DNA of 64,000 nucleotides from Octopus sinensis (taxonomy: Eukaryota): assembly GCF_006345805.1 (NCBI RefSeq), contig NC_043012.1, forward strand, positions 39,804,001 to 39,868,000, in the 5' to 3' direction. The notes below the pieces were generated by a model. That model worked only from the letters and a program-made list of their open reading frames with translations. It was not told the origin of the DNA and did no database searches. Below, piece by piece: positions 50,459 to 64,000 of the stretch. Numbering within the stretch: the stretch's first letter is position 1; each line of letters begins with the position of its first letter. The translations under genes and the position numbers were made by a program.

Positions 50459-50739
50459 AGTATAAAGGAACTGTACCTTTACCTTGTTCCCATTTCCACA
50501 TCCATTCTCCTCGATCTGGTTAAATCAATATGTCTGCCTGTATAACACTCAAATTTACATCCGTTTCCTTTTCATATCGATCTCTAAATTAACCAATATG
50601 CAAAATAGTAGCATTTATGTGTGTGTGTGAGTGTGAGTGTGTTTTTGTGTGTGCGTGTGTGCGCGTGTGTGTGTGTGTGTGTGCGTGTGTGCGTGTGTGT
50701 GTGTGTGGCCATTGGAAGGTGACAAGTTGGAATATTCAC

Positions 50740-50870
50740 TGGCATGGCATGCCGGACAAAACGGTTTGCGGCATTTTGTCCGTTTTACGTTCTGTGCTCA
50801 ACTTCCACCAAGGTTGACTGCTTTTCATCCCTCCAAGGTCAACACAATAAGTACCATTTTCACCGGAATC
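50740..50870 (+). mobile_element. Degenerate SINE family C fragment
   Basis: gcggcattttgtccgttttacgttctg..gttgactgcttttcatcc..ataagtacca. Confidence 0.55.
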
Positions 50871-51067
50871 ATAAATAGCCATTTGACAAAAGCTCAAAAG
50901 GCAGGAGAATTAAAGTCGTAGGCAACCAGCTTTCTCTTTAACATATATCCAGAAATATATGTGTGTGCATATTTATAAACGCATAATTAGAGGTTATATA
51001 TATATGTATATGCACATGGAAGCATATATGCTATACATGTGTATTCAGATAAAGATACTTGGTAAAA

Positions 51068-51220
51068 TGATAATAATAATAATAATAATAATAATATAAT
51101 AATAATAATAATAATAACAATAATAATGATAATAATAATAATAGTAATAGTAATAATAATAACAACAACAACAACAATAATAATAATATTAATAATAATA
51201 ATGATAATAATAACTACAAG
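51068..51220. repeat. (AAT)/(AAC)n microsatellite
   Basis: Direct reading of the sequence. Confidence 0.9.
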
Positions 51221-51977
51221 CACAACAGCAGCCACACGATGGAGAACAAAGAAGACGGTTGTGTGTTTTCCCCGTCGCCATTTGTAGATAAAAGGTGGAG
51301 TTAATGAACAATGGCAACTGATTGTTGTTTGTTTATTTATTTGTTAGCGTTTTTAATTGTTTCCTGTTTGTTTACTTTTATTCTTCGTCGTGTCGCATTC
51401 TTCACTTTGGTGAGTAAAAGAACGTTTGTGTGTGTATAAGTGTGCGTATAAGTGTGCGTATGTTTGTGTGTGTGTGTGTAGAATTGTAGGTATGTCTATA
51501 GAGCATGTGTGTACGTCGCGAAAGAAAGAGCGTATCAAAATAGATTGTTCAGGAAATAGATAAATGTAAAGATATCAATACAGATATCACATTTATCACA
51601 TTTTCTTCTAGAAATTCAAATACAAAAAAATACTTTAAAGAACGTCGCCATTCACCGCCATATTTGGTTTTGGAAAATTTATATTTTTTATTTGATTTCA
51701 TATTGGTTCTGTAATTCTTTTTTCGTTTTGCTGTTTTGCTTGATTTTTTTTTGTTTGTTTGTCTATTTATCTTCATTAATGTTCATTTATTATTTTTCTT
51801 TAATTAGAGAAAATTTTCCGTGCGAAGTTGAAGATAAACTTTTTTCTCCCTTTTAATCATAAAGTTGCCGTACTTATCTTTCTCTTACACCTTCATCTTC
51901 CCATACTTCTCCACGACAACCTCTTAGTGTGTCTGTCTGTTTGTCTTTGTCTCTTTCTCTCTGTCTGTTTGTCTCCC

Positions 51978-52012
<35 letters not shown>

Positions 52013-52314
52013 CCCTCTTTCTCTCCCTCTTCGTCTGGCTATGTGCACACACACTCACACCACACACACACACACAAACAGTTAAATAAATATGAATTTA
52101 AAGTAATAATTGAAACATACGCCTTACAAACAAAACCTTGCATGGTTTGTATAAATCCTCAGAGTAAAGACTTCGATAAAACATGAAATGAACTCCTGCT
52201 TTCAGCAATGATATAATGAAATAGAAAAATGTCTAAAAGGAAAAGAGACGAAAAATAAAATGTTTAGGTTAAACAGTCAACATGTAAATTTTAGTATAGT
52301 ATTATATATATATA

Positions 52315-52374
<60 letters not shown>

Positions 52375-53349
52375 TTAGTATAGTATTATATATTATATAT
52401 ACATATACTTGTGTGTGTATGTGTGTGTGTGTGCCTGCGTGTGTATGAAGTAAAATCACGCAGATAGCAAAGAGTAAATTTTGAGGCAAAGAGAAACCAC
52501 AAAATATACTACAGGAAAGCGAAAGTACGTGCCTCAAATGCATAAAAATATAAAGCAAAGAACAACAAACGAAAAAGTGTACAAAGGACATAAATATATA
52601 TATATGAGAGAGGAGGAGGGAGGGAGGGAGAGAGAGAGATAACTTTTGAAAAGGAAATCAAAATTAATTGAATTATCTAGACCTGTGGCAGCAATGTCTT
52701 CAGATCTAAAATGCAATCTAAGAGAAAAATTGAATATAGTCTACACAGGCGACGTGTAGATCATTAACGGCTGACGTTGCACGTGTGCGCACTACATCCA
52801 CATACTTTCCACTACAATTTTAATATCAAGACCTTCCATTCATATTCGCTAATTTAACTAATTGCTAGCTAGATATACTCTATTTTAACAAGACGACTAA
52901 TGAAAATATTCATTAACTGTTATAAATGTAGCTAACTTTAATAAATAATGTAACACATTGTAGCTAGTTTATCAATATAATTAGGTGACCTAATCAAACC
53001 CCAATAGTAAAAATGACTGGTAAATTTCAGGATTAACCATATTTGGCAATTTCAGAGTAACCAGAGAAGCAATCAGTAGCATAACACCACCTCTACCTGA
53101 ATTAGCCTCTCCCTTAACGATCTCTGATTTATCACTCTCTTAATAACTGGACATTTGGAAGTAAATGAATTATTAAAAGGTGTGCGTATACGTATGTGTG
53201 CGCCTGTGTTTGTATATATATATATATATATATAAATGTGTGTGGGGGTGTATACGTGTGTGTTTGTATATCTACATATATGCGTTTGTATTTATATATA
53301 TATATACATGTGTGTGTATGTGTGTGTCTATATATATATACGTGTGTAT

Positions 53350-53387
<38 letters not shown>

Positions 53388-54017
53388 GTGTGTATGTTTA
53401 TATATATATATATGTCTGTGTGTTTGTATATATATGTGTGTGTGTGTGTGTACACGCACACACAATGAGATAGACAGCGAAACATACCTATATGTGTCCT
53501 TACATAAGTATAAACATGAGTACGGATATTCTGTCCGTGTGTCTTTGTCTTCGTTAAACACTGGCATAACCGTATGATCAGTGAGAGAGAGAGGGAGAGA
53601 GAGTGAGAGAGAGAGAGAAGAGAGAGAGAGAGAGTGAGATACCCAGGCTGACGCGCACATATAGACAAGCACATAAACAAATACATACATAGGGAGAAAG
53701 AGGGCAAAAGAAACGTGTACTTTTGGTAATATATTTCTTGCTTCCTTAGTATTGATTCTGCGGTGGTTGTATGCATGTGTATGAGTACGTATGTGTGTAG
53801 ATATGCGTGTGTGTCGTCTGTGTATTTATGAGTATGCATAATTTGTAAATATGCGTCTGTGTGCGTACATGTATGTGTGTCCGTGTATGATTACTTGCTA
53901 TTTATGTATGACGCCGCAGCTACGTTGTGAAATCAGGCAGGTTGAGAACTAGCAAGCACCATTAAACTGCTCTTTCCACGATACGGAACAATGCTTGAAT
54001 AAAAGAGAACCGAAATG

Positions 54018-54055
54018 CTCTTGACGTTTCGGACTGTATTCCTTCATCAGAAAAA
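54018..54055 (-). ncRNA. Minimal hammerhead ribozyme motif, intact core
   Basis: UUUUU-CUGAUGA-AGGA(auacag)UCC-GAAA-CG-UC-AAGAG: ACGU palindromic stem III, GUC cleavage triplet, 5-bp stem I with two G-U pairs. Confidence 0.62.
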
Positions 54056-54121
54056 GAAAATAAGAGAAACAGAAAGGCTAACCATTTAATACGCTATCAT
54101 TATTTGAGACAGTATGTGTGC

Positions 54122-54181
<60 letters not shown>

Positions 54182-54814
54182 TTCTCTCTCTCTCTCTCCT
54201 TCTCTCTCTCTCTCTCTCTCTCACGACACTTAAGACTGGGAATGAAAGACTCGAAGCAGCCTTTCGTTGATACACGTCCGTGAAGAAATATCATTCCACT
54301 TAACCAGCGATATTCACTTCTTCAATCTATTTTGTACCTGTTTGAAGTCGCCATACATTAAACATATGTAAGTCTGCGTGTATATGTGTGTGTGTGCGCG
54401 CGCGTGCAATAGTACACATATAACAACTCATTGAGGCTGTAGTCAGTATTTTAATTAAGTCCATTCTTATTATATCAACCCTCCTCGTCCTCCCCCCCCC
54501 CTCACCAGATAATGAGCAACAAAAGTAAACAAAGAAAGAGTGAGTGCCTGGGTTAAAAGCGGCCGAAACAGCGGCAGAAGCAGAATGAGTGAGAGAAAAG
54601 GTGAGAGAGAGGAAGAGCATATTGTGACAGACAGACAGACAGACAGACAGACGGACGGACATCATCACGTATATACACAGACACATATATACACACGGTT
54701 GTGTGTGATTTGCATACACACGTGCTTTTTCTGTGCATTTATACGAATCGGATGCAGGCGGAAATCATGTTTATCCATTCTATTTCGTTTAATGTTATCT
54801 GTTAACTATCTGTG

Positions 54815-55204
54815 TGTGGAGGCGCAATGGCCCAGTGGTTAAGGCAGCGGACTCGCGGTCGTAGGATCGCGGTTTCGATTCCCAGACCGGGCGTTGTGAG
54901 TGTTTATTGAGCGAAAACACCTAAAGCTCAACGAGCTCCGACAGAGAGTGGTGGTGATCCCTGCTGTACTCTTTCACCACAACTTTCTCTCACTCTTTCT
55001 TCCTGTTTCTGTTGTACCTGTATTTCAAAGGGCCGGCCTTGTCACTCTCTGTGTCACGCTGAATATCCCCGAGAACTACGTTAAGGGTACACGTGTCTGT
55101 GGAGTGCTCAGCCACTTACACGTTAATTTCACGAGCAGGCTGTTCCGTTGATCGGATCAACCGGAACCCTCGTCGTCGGAACCGACGGAGTGCTTCCATC
55201 ATCA
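54815..55204 (+). mobile_element. SINE family B, full length, 12-bp TSD
   Basis: TSD TAACTATCTGTG at 54803-54814 and 55205-55216; near-consensus sequence. Confidence 0.93.
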
Positions 55205-55216
55205 TAACTATCTGTG

Positions 55217-55251
<35 letters not shown>

Positions 55252-55292
55252 TGTATGCAAACGGTTATTCTTATATTCATATACATTTTAAT

Positions 55293-55465
55293 ATGAGCCG
55301 AATCCGGGAAGGGCTGCAATACCAGATCAACCCGTGGCAAAGACGGAGTTAGTCCCTAACTCTTCGCCTCGTCCTAAAAACCGGTTTCAAATTGATGGCC
55401 CCTAATAAGGACCATGTCAGATATTAAGCTAAGAACAGATACTACATTTTGATCTTAGCCAAAAG
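55293..55465 (-). pseudogene. U2: U2 spliceosomal snRNA pseudogene, lacking about 13 5' nt
   Basis: Minus strand: CTTTTGGCTAAGATCAAAATGTAGTATCTGTTCTTA-GCTTAATATCTGA..CCACGGGTTGATCTGGTATTGCAG..CCGGATTCGGCTC. It matches metazoan U2, including the GUAGUA branch-point recognition sequence and the 3' stem-loop IV. It has a 3-nt deletion in stem IIa and an altered Sm site (GGTTTTTAG). Confidence 0.9.
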
Positions 55466-55578
55466 TTTCACGTCTTCGCGTTGTTATTTTTTCTTGTTTT
55501 TTCTCCGCTTTTTTATAAACTATAAATAAATTAATATGTATACAAATTTTATGTTTGCCACCCGCAAACATCTTGCTA

Positions 55579-55651
<73 letters not shown>

Positions 55652-56016
55652 AGCTTTACTGTCGCGTCGTATATTATCGACTGCCATTTCCAGTAACTAT
55701 TCGTGCATTGTTGTACCACTATTCAATATATGTGTGTGTGTGTGTGTGTCTGTGTCTGTGTGTGTGTCTGTGTTTTCTCAACCTATGTATATGTGTGTTT
55801 GCGCATGTTAGTAAAACATGCCTGACACTCGATTTCCGTTTAGACAAGTTTCTCAACTCTCAGCATTCATACCGTCAGTCTACACACTAGAATAATGTTC
55901 GTATGCAAATGACACTTTCGCAAAGATATCGCTACTCTGCCACTGGTGCTGTTACTACTATTACAATTATAACTACTTGCACTATTACTGCTTCTACTAC
56001 TACAACAGATGCTACT

Positions 56017-56389
56017 GTGGAGGCACAATGGTTAGGGCAGCGGAGTCGCGGTCGAAGGATCGCAGTTTCGATTCCCAAACCGGGCGATGCGAATGTTTAT
56101 TGAGCGAAAACACCTAAAGCTCCACGACGCTCTGACAGAGAGTGGTGGCGAACCCTATGTACTCTTTCACTACATCTTTCACTCCTTCTTTATTCCTGTT
56201 TCTGTTGTACCTCTATTTCAAAGGGCCAGCCTTGTCACACTCTGTCACGCTGAATCTCCCTGAGAATTACGTTAAGGGTTATACGTGTCTATGGAGAGCT
56301 CAGGCACTCGCAGGTTAATTTTACGAGCAGGCTGTTCTGTTGATCGGATCAACTGGAATGCTCGTCGTCGCAACCGACGGAGTGGCACG
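56017..56389 (+). mobile_element. SINE family B, 12-bp TSD
   Basis: TSD ACAGATGCTACT at 56005-56016 and 56390-56401; inserted in a (CTA)-rich tract. Confidence 0.9.
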
Positions 56390-56758
56390 ACAGATGCTAC
56401 TACTAAAATTTTTACTACAATTACAAAAACTACAACTCCTACTACAGACACCATAACTTTCCTCAGCGAATACTACTGTTTATATTGCCGGTTTTATATC
56501 TACTATTGCTGCCATTTCTACTGTAACCTTGTCACTACTACAACTACTACTACTACTACGTCTGCTACTACTACTGATACTACTACTGTGCTGCTGCTAC
56601 TACTACTACTACTATAACAAACTACCAACATTAAACCTGTTCCTTGTGTTTTGGTGTGTATTTTTTCTTGTTTCGAAAGAATCTGCCAATTTGGCTTGTA
56701 ATGACAATATATTTTTTCTTTCTATATACAAACTCGCATGCGCACATAAAAGCACACT

Positions 56759-56794
<36 letters not shown>

Positions 56795-57169
56795 ACACAC
56801 ACACATACCTATCTATAGGTATGTAACTGCACATGCACACCCGTAAAGATATATATATATATATAAAGTAAGTAGAGAGAGAGAGTAAGTAGAGAGTGAG
56901 AGTGAGAGAGCGGTGTTTGTATGTGAGAAAGTGTTAACGAGAAAACAAAAGAGGAGCAAATAACGACCGAATGTTTGCATGCTTTGTGTTGATTGCAGTT
57001 GCTGTTTGAATGGTTGAGATTAAAATGATTTCCAGATGAACATGTAATGGCGCTTTAGTCTGCAGTTGAATGAGTTGGCAATCGCTGAAGTGAAGTCGGA
57101 TGTTGCTGTGGCGGGGTAGCTCACGATTTACACCCTACACACTCACACGCATCCGAACCCTGTATGTAT

Positions 57170-57170
57170 A

Positions 57171-57241
<71 letters not shown>

Positions 57242-57303
57242 TTAGTGGGGTAGAGTATGTCCATATGTGACTTTATTTCTGTGGGTGTGATGTGTGGATG
57301 TAT

Positions 57304-57334
<31 letters not shown>

Positions 57335-57549
57335 CATATATAAGTCCAAGCATACAGATATACGCCTAAGTACATTTACATATAAATATACATATATATA
57401 TATCGATACGGTTATGTAAGCATATAGGCTTTTGTGCATGTATGTATATATGTGTATGTATATGTGTGTGTTCACATGCATCCATATATCGTATGTCACT
57501 ATTCACACACGATTACTTACATACGCACATACATGTGTGTGTGTACGTA

Positions 57550-57609
<60 letters not shown>

Positions 57610-57680
57610 ATATATGTATGTGCATACGTGTATATATGTATATGCGTGTGTATATGTATGTGCATATTTGTCTGTATGTG

Positions 57681-57722
<42 letters not shown>

Positions 57723-57865
57723 CATATATATATGTGTATGTGGGTGTACATATATATTTACATCTGTGTGTATGTATATATATATATATGTCTGTGTGTA
57801 TGTATATATATATATATTATATCTGTGTATGTATGTTTGTATGTCTATATGTATATATATATAAG
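57170..57865. repeat. Compound (TA)/(TG)/(CA) microsatellite field
   Basis: Direct reading of the sequence. Confidence 0.85.
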
Positions 57866-58254
57866 TTGAGGGAGAGAAAGAGAGAGAAGTTCGTTTATTT
57901 GCCAGCATTCACATGTTTAAAAGCATGTGAATGTTTGTACTTGCTGGGAGGAGGGGAGGGGTGTGTGTGTGGTGTGTGTGTGTGTGGTGTGTTTGTGTAG
58001 CTTTTGATTATACGTTTGTGTAATTGCAACTGGGAAGCCATTAGCTAGAGCTGAATTTAGCCAAACATGACAAAGATGAAGACATGCACCATAATGTGTC
58101 TATCTAAAGAATCTATTTTGGGTAAATATTTTAAAAGACACACTTCATTTCACCTTTTGGCACATGGAGATTTCTGAAAGATTATATGCATATGAGCATG
58201 CATGCATACATGCACAAATACATAGATACATACAAAAATGTATATATATATATA

Positions 58255-58289
<35 letters not shown>

Positions 58290-58771
58290 ATATTTACATA
58301 GTTAGATATATGTATATGTATGTATACTCAAACGTGTATGTCTATACTTACGTGCATGTATATACATACGTATATACACGTAGGTGTATGCATACGTATA
58401 TGCATGTATATGTGTATATATATATATATCTGTATGTATGAATATACATACGTATATGTACGTATGTGTTTCTATATATGTATGTATGCGTGTATATGTA
58501 TATATGAGATTGATTATGCAAACGAAAATAGAATAATGAATAGGTAAGTGGTTGACTGTAAGTTCTTTCTCCATTATATAACTACGAAGTCCACTATTCA
58601 ACAATGCACTCAATACTTGTTATAATGTATAGTTTATATACTTTACTTTGAATATTAGCTGTATGGTTGAATCATGCTTTATTTGTGTCGATGGGGGGGG
58701 GGGTTGGAATGTGTATCCGACCATCGTTAGGATCAAATATATCTCCATTATTATTATTATTATTATTATTA

Positions 58772-58807
<36 letters not shown>

Positions 58808-59289
58808 CCTTGCTCCTGATGAGTGCCGGATGCACAGCATGAAACGGATAATTCACTTGGAGAGTAGATATTCAAACAATCGTAAAATATCTATCTATAT
58901 ATAGAGAGAGATGTGTGTGTATGTGTTGCATGCATGTATATGTATGTATACAGAAATATATATCACATCTATAAATGTGTATGCGTATACATATACACAT
59001 ACATATTTATAGATATTATTAAGCAGTTGTAGGTTTCATTAGAATCTTGGTATATTAATGTTCAGAGTGCTGTGAAAGAGTCGAGTTCCACATGTACTTA
59101 GGTGTACCAAATATATACAACAAAATATATGTGTAAGTATACGAATACACACACACACAAATACTGGCACACACAAGTACACACACACATGCACGTGTAT
59201 GTATACTGATACACATGTAGGTTCACGATCCAATGCAAATTAGCATGGTTCCAGGTATGGTGTTCATATTTATATATTCACCATAATAG

Positions 59290-59465
59290 ATCGCTAGCCA
59301 CTGAACCTTTCTCTATTTTCTCTCCCTGTTTATTTCTGTGTTCCTTTCTGTCGAAGAGCATAGGCTCGAAACATAAAAGACTTTCTCACTTCACGAACGT
59401 TAAACTAATACATCTGTTTGTTGTTTACACACACGTCTTCGTCTTTTTTTTTGTAAATTCTCACT
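59290..59465 (+). mobile_element. Probable Penelope-type terminal fragment with a degenerate hammerhead-like motif
   Basis: TCGAAGA-GAG/CTC stem-GAAA-CA-TA-AAAG at 59343-59380; core and stem I are imperfect. Confidence 0.35.
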
Positions 59466-59508
59466 ATATATATATGGGTGGGGTGTGTTCCGTTGTCCAC
59501 ACACACAC

Positions 59509-59561
<53 letters not shown>

Positions 59562-60726
59562 TATAGATTTGTATTTAATGCATATAAACAAACATGGTTT
59601 CTATGACTGGGTGTTCAGTTCTTCTTAGCAGAACCTTGTAGAAATATATTTTGCTTCAACTCCTGTTGGCCTATACCTTGATGCGAATTTGATTGACTCA
59701 AACTGCTTTGAAGTCCATCGTGTGTGTGTATGTGTACCTGCGTGTGTGTATGTGTACCTGCGTGTGTGTATGTGTAAGCGTTGGTATGTTCTGCCCATCG
59801 GTAATATAGTTGTTCGACTGAAAAACACCGGTAGAATAAGTTTAAAATGAATACTGTAATCGAATTCTTCCACTGAAAACCATAAAATCAATGCCAAACA
59901 ATGGCCAGAGTTCAAGGATTGACATTCTCTTTTTTCTTCCTTTCACCGTTTTCTATCTTTCTCTCTCCCCGCCCACTTTTCTTTTTGTTTCTCGTTGCTC
60001 ACACATGTCCATCGTCCATCTTTCTTTTTTCACGTGACTATCTTTTCCTGCACTACGTCCAATGGACTGAACGTCTTCTATCACTCTCTTCTATCTTTTC
60101 TCTTTTCAAAGAAAATATTTCTCCCAGCGTTCACTATTTTCCCCTCGTTCTGGTCTAACGACCCCATGTTTGTTTTCGTTCGGCTTCTTTGTATGTCTCC
60201 ACTGTCCTATTTTTGTTCCCAACTTTGACACCCCATTAATTCAAAATTTTATTTTAGAAGTTATGGGAGCAACTGTCTTCGAAGACTCATATTGCTGTTG
60301 AATGCTCGAAATGAGGAGTAAATAGACAACCGACAACTGATGAATGAACGTTCTTTGTATTACTTGCCCTATTTTCCATATTTGTCTCTCACTGTTCGCG
60401 TATTTAACTCATTTGTTTTCGTAGTTCATGTTGGTTACACAGTTGGTGACGTCCTGTACCCATACACACACACACAAACACCTCCCACACACACACACGT
60501 ATATATATATAATTCTGACCAGTAGCAAATGAAATATACGTTTCGTAACGTTTCGGAATTGTATCACTTTCCCAAAAATTGCAACGTAGTAGTTACAAAC
60601 TATATTGAAATATATTTTATATAGTGCAAAATTATCTGATATGGAGTCCAATGATTTGGATAGAGTGAATAAAAGTATTATGTATATATATATATATATA
60701 TAATTATATATTATATATATATATTG

Positions 60727-61107
60727 CACAGGGCGGTTGTGTGGCAAAAAGCTTACTTCCCGACCACATTGTTCCAGGTTCGGTCCCACTGCGTGGCACC
60801 TTGGGCAAGTGTCTTCTACTATAGTCTCGGCCCGACTAAAGCCTTGTGAGTGGATATGGTGGACGGAAAGTGAAAGAATCTCGTCGTATATATATGTGTG
60901 TGCGTGTGTGTAAGTGTTTGTCCCCCCACCCCCACCATCGCTTGAGAAACGAAGTTGGTGTGTTTCCGTCCCGAAACCTAGCGGTTCGGCAAAAGACACC
61001 GATAGAATAAGGACTAGGGTTACAAGGAATAAGCACTGGGGTCGATTTGTTCGACTAAAGGCGGTGCTGCAGCATGGCCGCCGTCAAATGACTGAAGCAA
61101 GTAAAAT
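60727..61107 (+). mobile_element. SINE family A, full copy
   Basis: Consensus head, CORE-like block and tail. Confidence 0.88.
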
Positions 61108-61200
61108 ACTATAGTATTATCAACATTTTTATGAAGATCACATTCATTGTCGTTAGCATCATCATCAGCAAAAGTACCAGAACAGCTTCAGCCGCCACAT

Positions 61201-61577
61201 TACTATTACGGTACTCCGTCGGTTGCGACAACGAGGCTTCCAGTTGATCCAATCAACGGGACAGCCTGCTCGTGAAATTAACGTGCAAGTGGCTCAGTAC
61301 TCCACAGACACGTGTACCCTTAACGTAGTTCTCGGGAAGATTCAGCGTGACACAGAGAGTGACAAGGCTGGCCCTTTGAAATACAGGTACAACAGAAACA
61401 GGAAGAAGAGTGAAAGAAAGTTGTGGTGAAAGAGTACAACAGGGTTCGCCACCACTCCCTGCCAGAGCTTCGTGGAGCTTTAAGTGTTTTTGCTCAATAA
61501 ACACTTCTGAGAATCGAAAACGCGATCCTATGCCCTTGAGTCCGCTGCCCTAACTACTGGACCATTGCGCCTTCACA
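61201..61577 (-). mobile_element. SINE family B, 12-bp TSD with one mismatch
   Basis: CAGCCGCCACAT (61189-61200) and CAGCCACCACAT (61578-61589). Confidence 0.88.
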
Positions 61578-61854
61578 CAGCCACCACATAGGTATAAAAG
61601 CAATGCTTATCAAATCTGAAAGAACTTTTTGAAATAGCATCAAATCTGCCTCGAATGACACTCAGTTCTCTTTAGAAACAGGACACATTATGCAAAACAT
61701 GTCTCCTCACAGAATAAGCCACGACCGGAACACCTTTGGAAATAGGTTATGTTAGGTAATGATTGATAAATAACACCAGTAACACAAAATGGCAGCCAGT
61801 GAACAGTCAACAAGAAACATGGACAAGCAGACGTTGAAGAAACCGAAACATAGA

Positions 61855-61967
61855 GGCGTTGTTGTGTGGTAAGTAGCTTGCTCACCAACCACATGTTCAG
61901 TCCCACTGCGTGGCATCTTGGGAAAGTGTCTTCTACTTTAGCCAAGGAAAGCCAGTCCTATATATAT

Positions 61968-62011
<44 letters not shown>

Positions 62012-62515
62012 CGTGACCAACCAGGCTATCAGATGTTGCTACCATCACTGGTCACAATGCGCTTCGCATTGTTTTAGCCTTCAGATTACGCCACCCCGCT
62101 GGCTAAGCGAGCAGTCCAACAAAAGAAAGAGTGAGAGAAAGTTGTGGCGAAAGAGTACAGCAGGGATCGTCACCACCCTCTGCCGGAGCTTCGTGGAGCT
62201 TTAGGTGTTTTCGCTCAATAAACATTCACAACACCCGACCTGGGAATTGAAACCGCGAATCTACAACCGCGTGTCCGCGGCCCTAACCACTGGGCCATTG
62301 CGCCTCCATATATATATACTGTGTGTGTGATCACCGCTTGACAACCTCCTTTGGGTGTTTGCATCGTCCTCGTAACTTAGCGGTTCGGCAAAAAAGAAGA
62401 ATTGAATAGGTACCAAGCTAAGAACTGGAGTCGATTCATTTGACTAAAACTTCTTCAATGCGGTGCCCCAGCATGGCCGCAGTCTAATGACTGAAACAAG
62501 TAAAAGATTAAAGAT
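61855..62515 (+). mobile_element. SINE family A split by a nested family D copy
   Basis: Head at about 61855-61955 and tail at about 62325-62515, with a D copy in the internal (TA)n. Confidence 0.75.
62008..62308 (-). mobile_element. SINE family D, full copy in (TA)n
   Basis: Same structure as 40664-40925; (TA)n on both sides. Confidence 0.9.
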
Positions 62516-63174
62516 ACGCATTGTAGAATACCCTCAGCCACACAGGAGACTGGTTTCGAAACAAACATTCTAAAGCCAGCCATCTTCGAATCTATCTCGC
62601 CATTATTTCAACAGAAATAGAAAACACATCTGGAGGATCCAAATATTACCTTCGCATAAGCTTGACGATATACACAACTATAACCGCTATTCGCGACACC
62701 ACCTCCGCCACCATCAGCTGTATCACTTCATTGTCTACATATTCATCAACATCACGAGTATATAAGCGTGTGTGTACGTGTGTGTGTGTATATATATATA
62801 ATAAACTGAATTGTTTTGAAACCTTATCGATTTGTGGAAAGGAAACCATAGCATCAAAATATCTTCAAATGTGACAGACAAGTAAATGCTAACAACAGGA
62901 ATTGAATCTAGAAAAATAAAAATAAAATATGTAATATATGTATAAACGACATACGTAAATATTTATAGAAATTTGTATATATATATATGTATATATTTAT
63001 GTGTATAATCATATAGGTTTTCCTGTGTTGCAAAAGTTTATCAAATCAAGCACTTAAGTTCCCTTAAAGTGCACAATAATCGTGTTGATAATAGAATTAA
63101 GTGAAAGTCAGTCGTTATTTATAGTTATATAATGTGAAAGGGAAGACACAAATATCCGTGTGGATGTATGTGCG

Positions 63175-63330
63175 TAGACATACATACATACATACATACA
63201 TACATACATACATACATACATACATACATACATACATACATACATACATACATACATACATACATACATACATACATACATACATACATACATACATACA
63301 TACATGCATGCATACATACATACATACATG
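63175..63330. repeat. (TACA)n microsatellite
   Basis: Direct reading of the sequence. Confidence 0.95.
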
Positions 63331-64000
63331 TATAACAATATATATGGGAAAATAATAAGCATGCATATATATATGCGCTCGCATAATGAATGCAACCGTA
63401 CAGGACAAGATAAATATGATATTGGAGTTGTGACAATGTTTCTATTAAGGGGGTAACTGTTGTAAATATTTCTATAGTTTATTTAATACTTTATGTATAA
63501 AAGCTGAACCCTATTTGATGCTCAGCCAGATACAAGTACAGGCACTTCGTATGTGTTGGTGTGAGTGAGTAAAGGTAAAGAAATGAAGTTGTATATTATA
63601 AGTATATGTAATGTCAATAAAATATGTATATATGTATTTATATATATGTTAGCTTTAACAAATGATTGAAAGAGATCTCGGTACATACATCAGCGTGTCT
63701 GTATATCGAGTTTTATTAGCTGGAATGACTTTATTATAGCTGTAGGCATCTACTTCTTTCATATACGAACGTCAGCTTATAGAAAATATTTTATATACAT
63801 ACGTCTGTGTGTGTGTCTGTGTGTGTGTGTGTGAGTGTGTGTGTGTGTGTGTATGTGTGTGTGTGTGTGTGTGTGGTGCAGTGTGTGTATGTATATGCAT
63901 GTGTGTGGTATCTACGTTTATCCATCCTCCTGGAGTATTCCCTCAAAGCCTAGCAACGAATTAAAATAGTTTCCGTATTTCCCTCCTTACATAAGGTTAT

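Noticed and set aside
52291-52391. Direct repeat TTTAGTATAGTATTATATA flanking (TA)n
   Set aside because: Low-complexity local slippage duplication; no element between the copies.
58811-58846. CTGATGA-stem-GAAAC hammerhead half
   Set aside because: There is no NUH triplet or stem I partner after GAAAC; truncated or chance.

Overview
Very AT-rich, microsatellite-saturated eukaryotic non-coding DNA, either a large intron or intergenic. The SINE families and repeat landscape look like an Octopus (coleoid cephalopod) genome; this is inferred from recalled repeat families, not from a database search. I found no convincing host protein-coding exon, and nearly all ORFs in the supplied track are microsatellite translations. 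Contents: (i) about 30 copies or fragments of four tRNA-derived SINE families, labelled A-D here, several with exact target-site duplications (TSDs), nested insertions and a five-copy head-to-tail array; (ii) decayed autonomous elements: a 5'-truncated R4/Dong LINE, two RTE 3' ends, an L1/Tx1-like RT remnant, a Penelope ORF remnant, a near full-length Tc1, a deleted mariner-like element and a non-autonomous Helitron; (iii) a near full-length U2 snRNA pseudogene. The most notable structures are a complete 834-bp non-coding LTR element (TRIM-like: 150-bp LTRs, tRNA-Ser PBS, PPT, TSD) nested in the Dong LINE; several Penelope-type minimal hammerhead ribozyme motifs, including a U3-A8 compensatory core variant and an inverted pair inserted as one TSD-flanked unit; and a near-perfect 255-bp palindrome.
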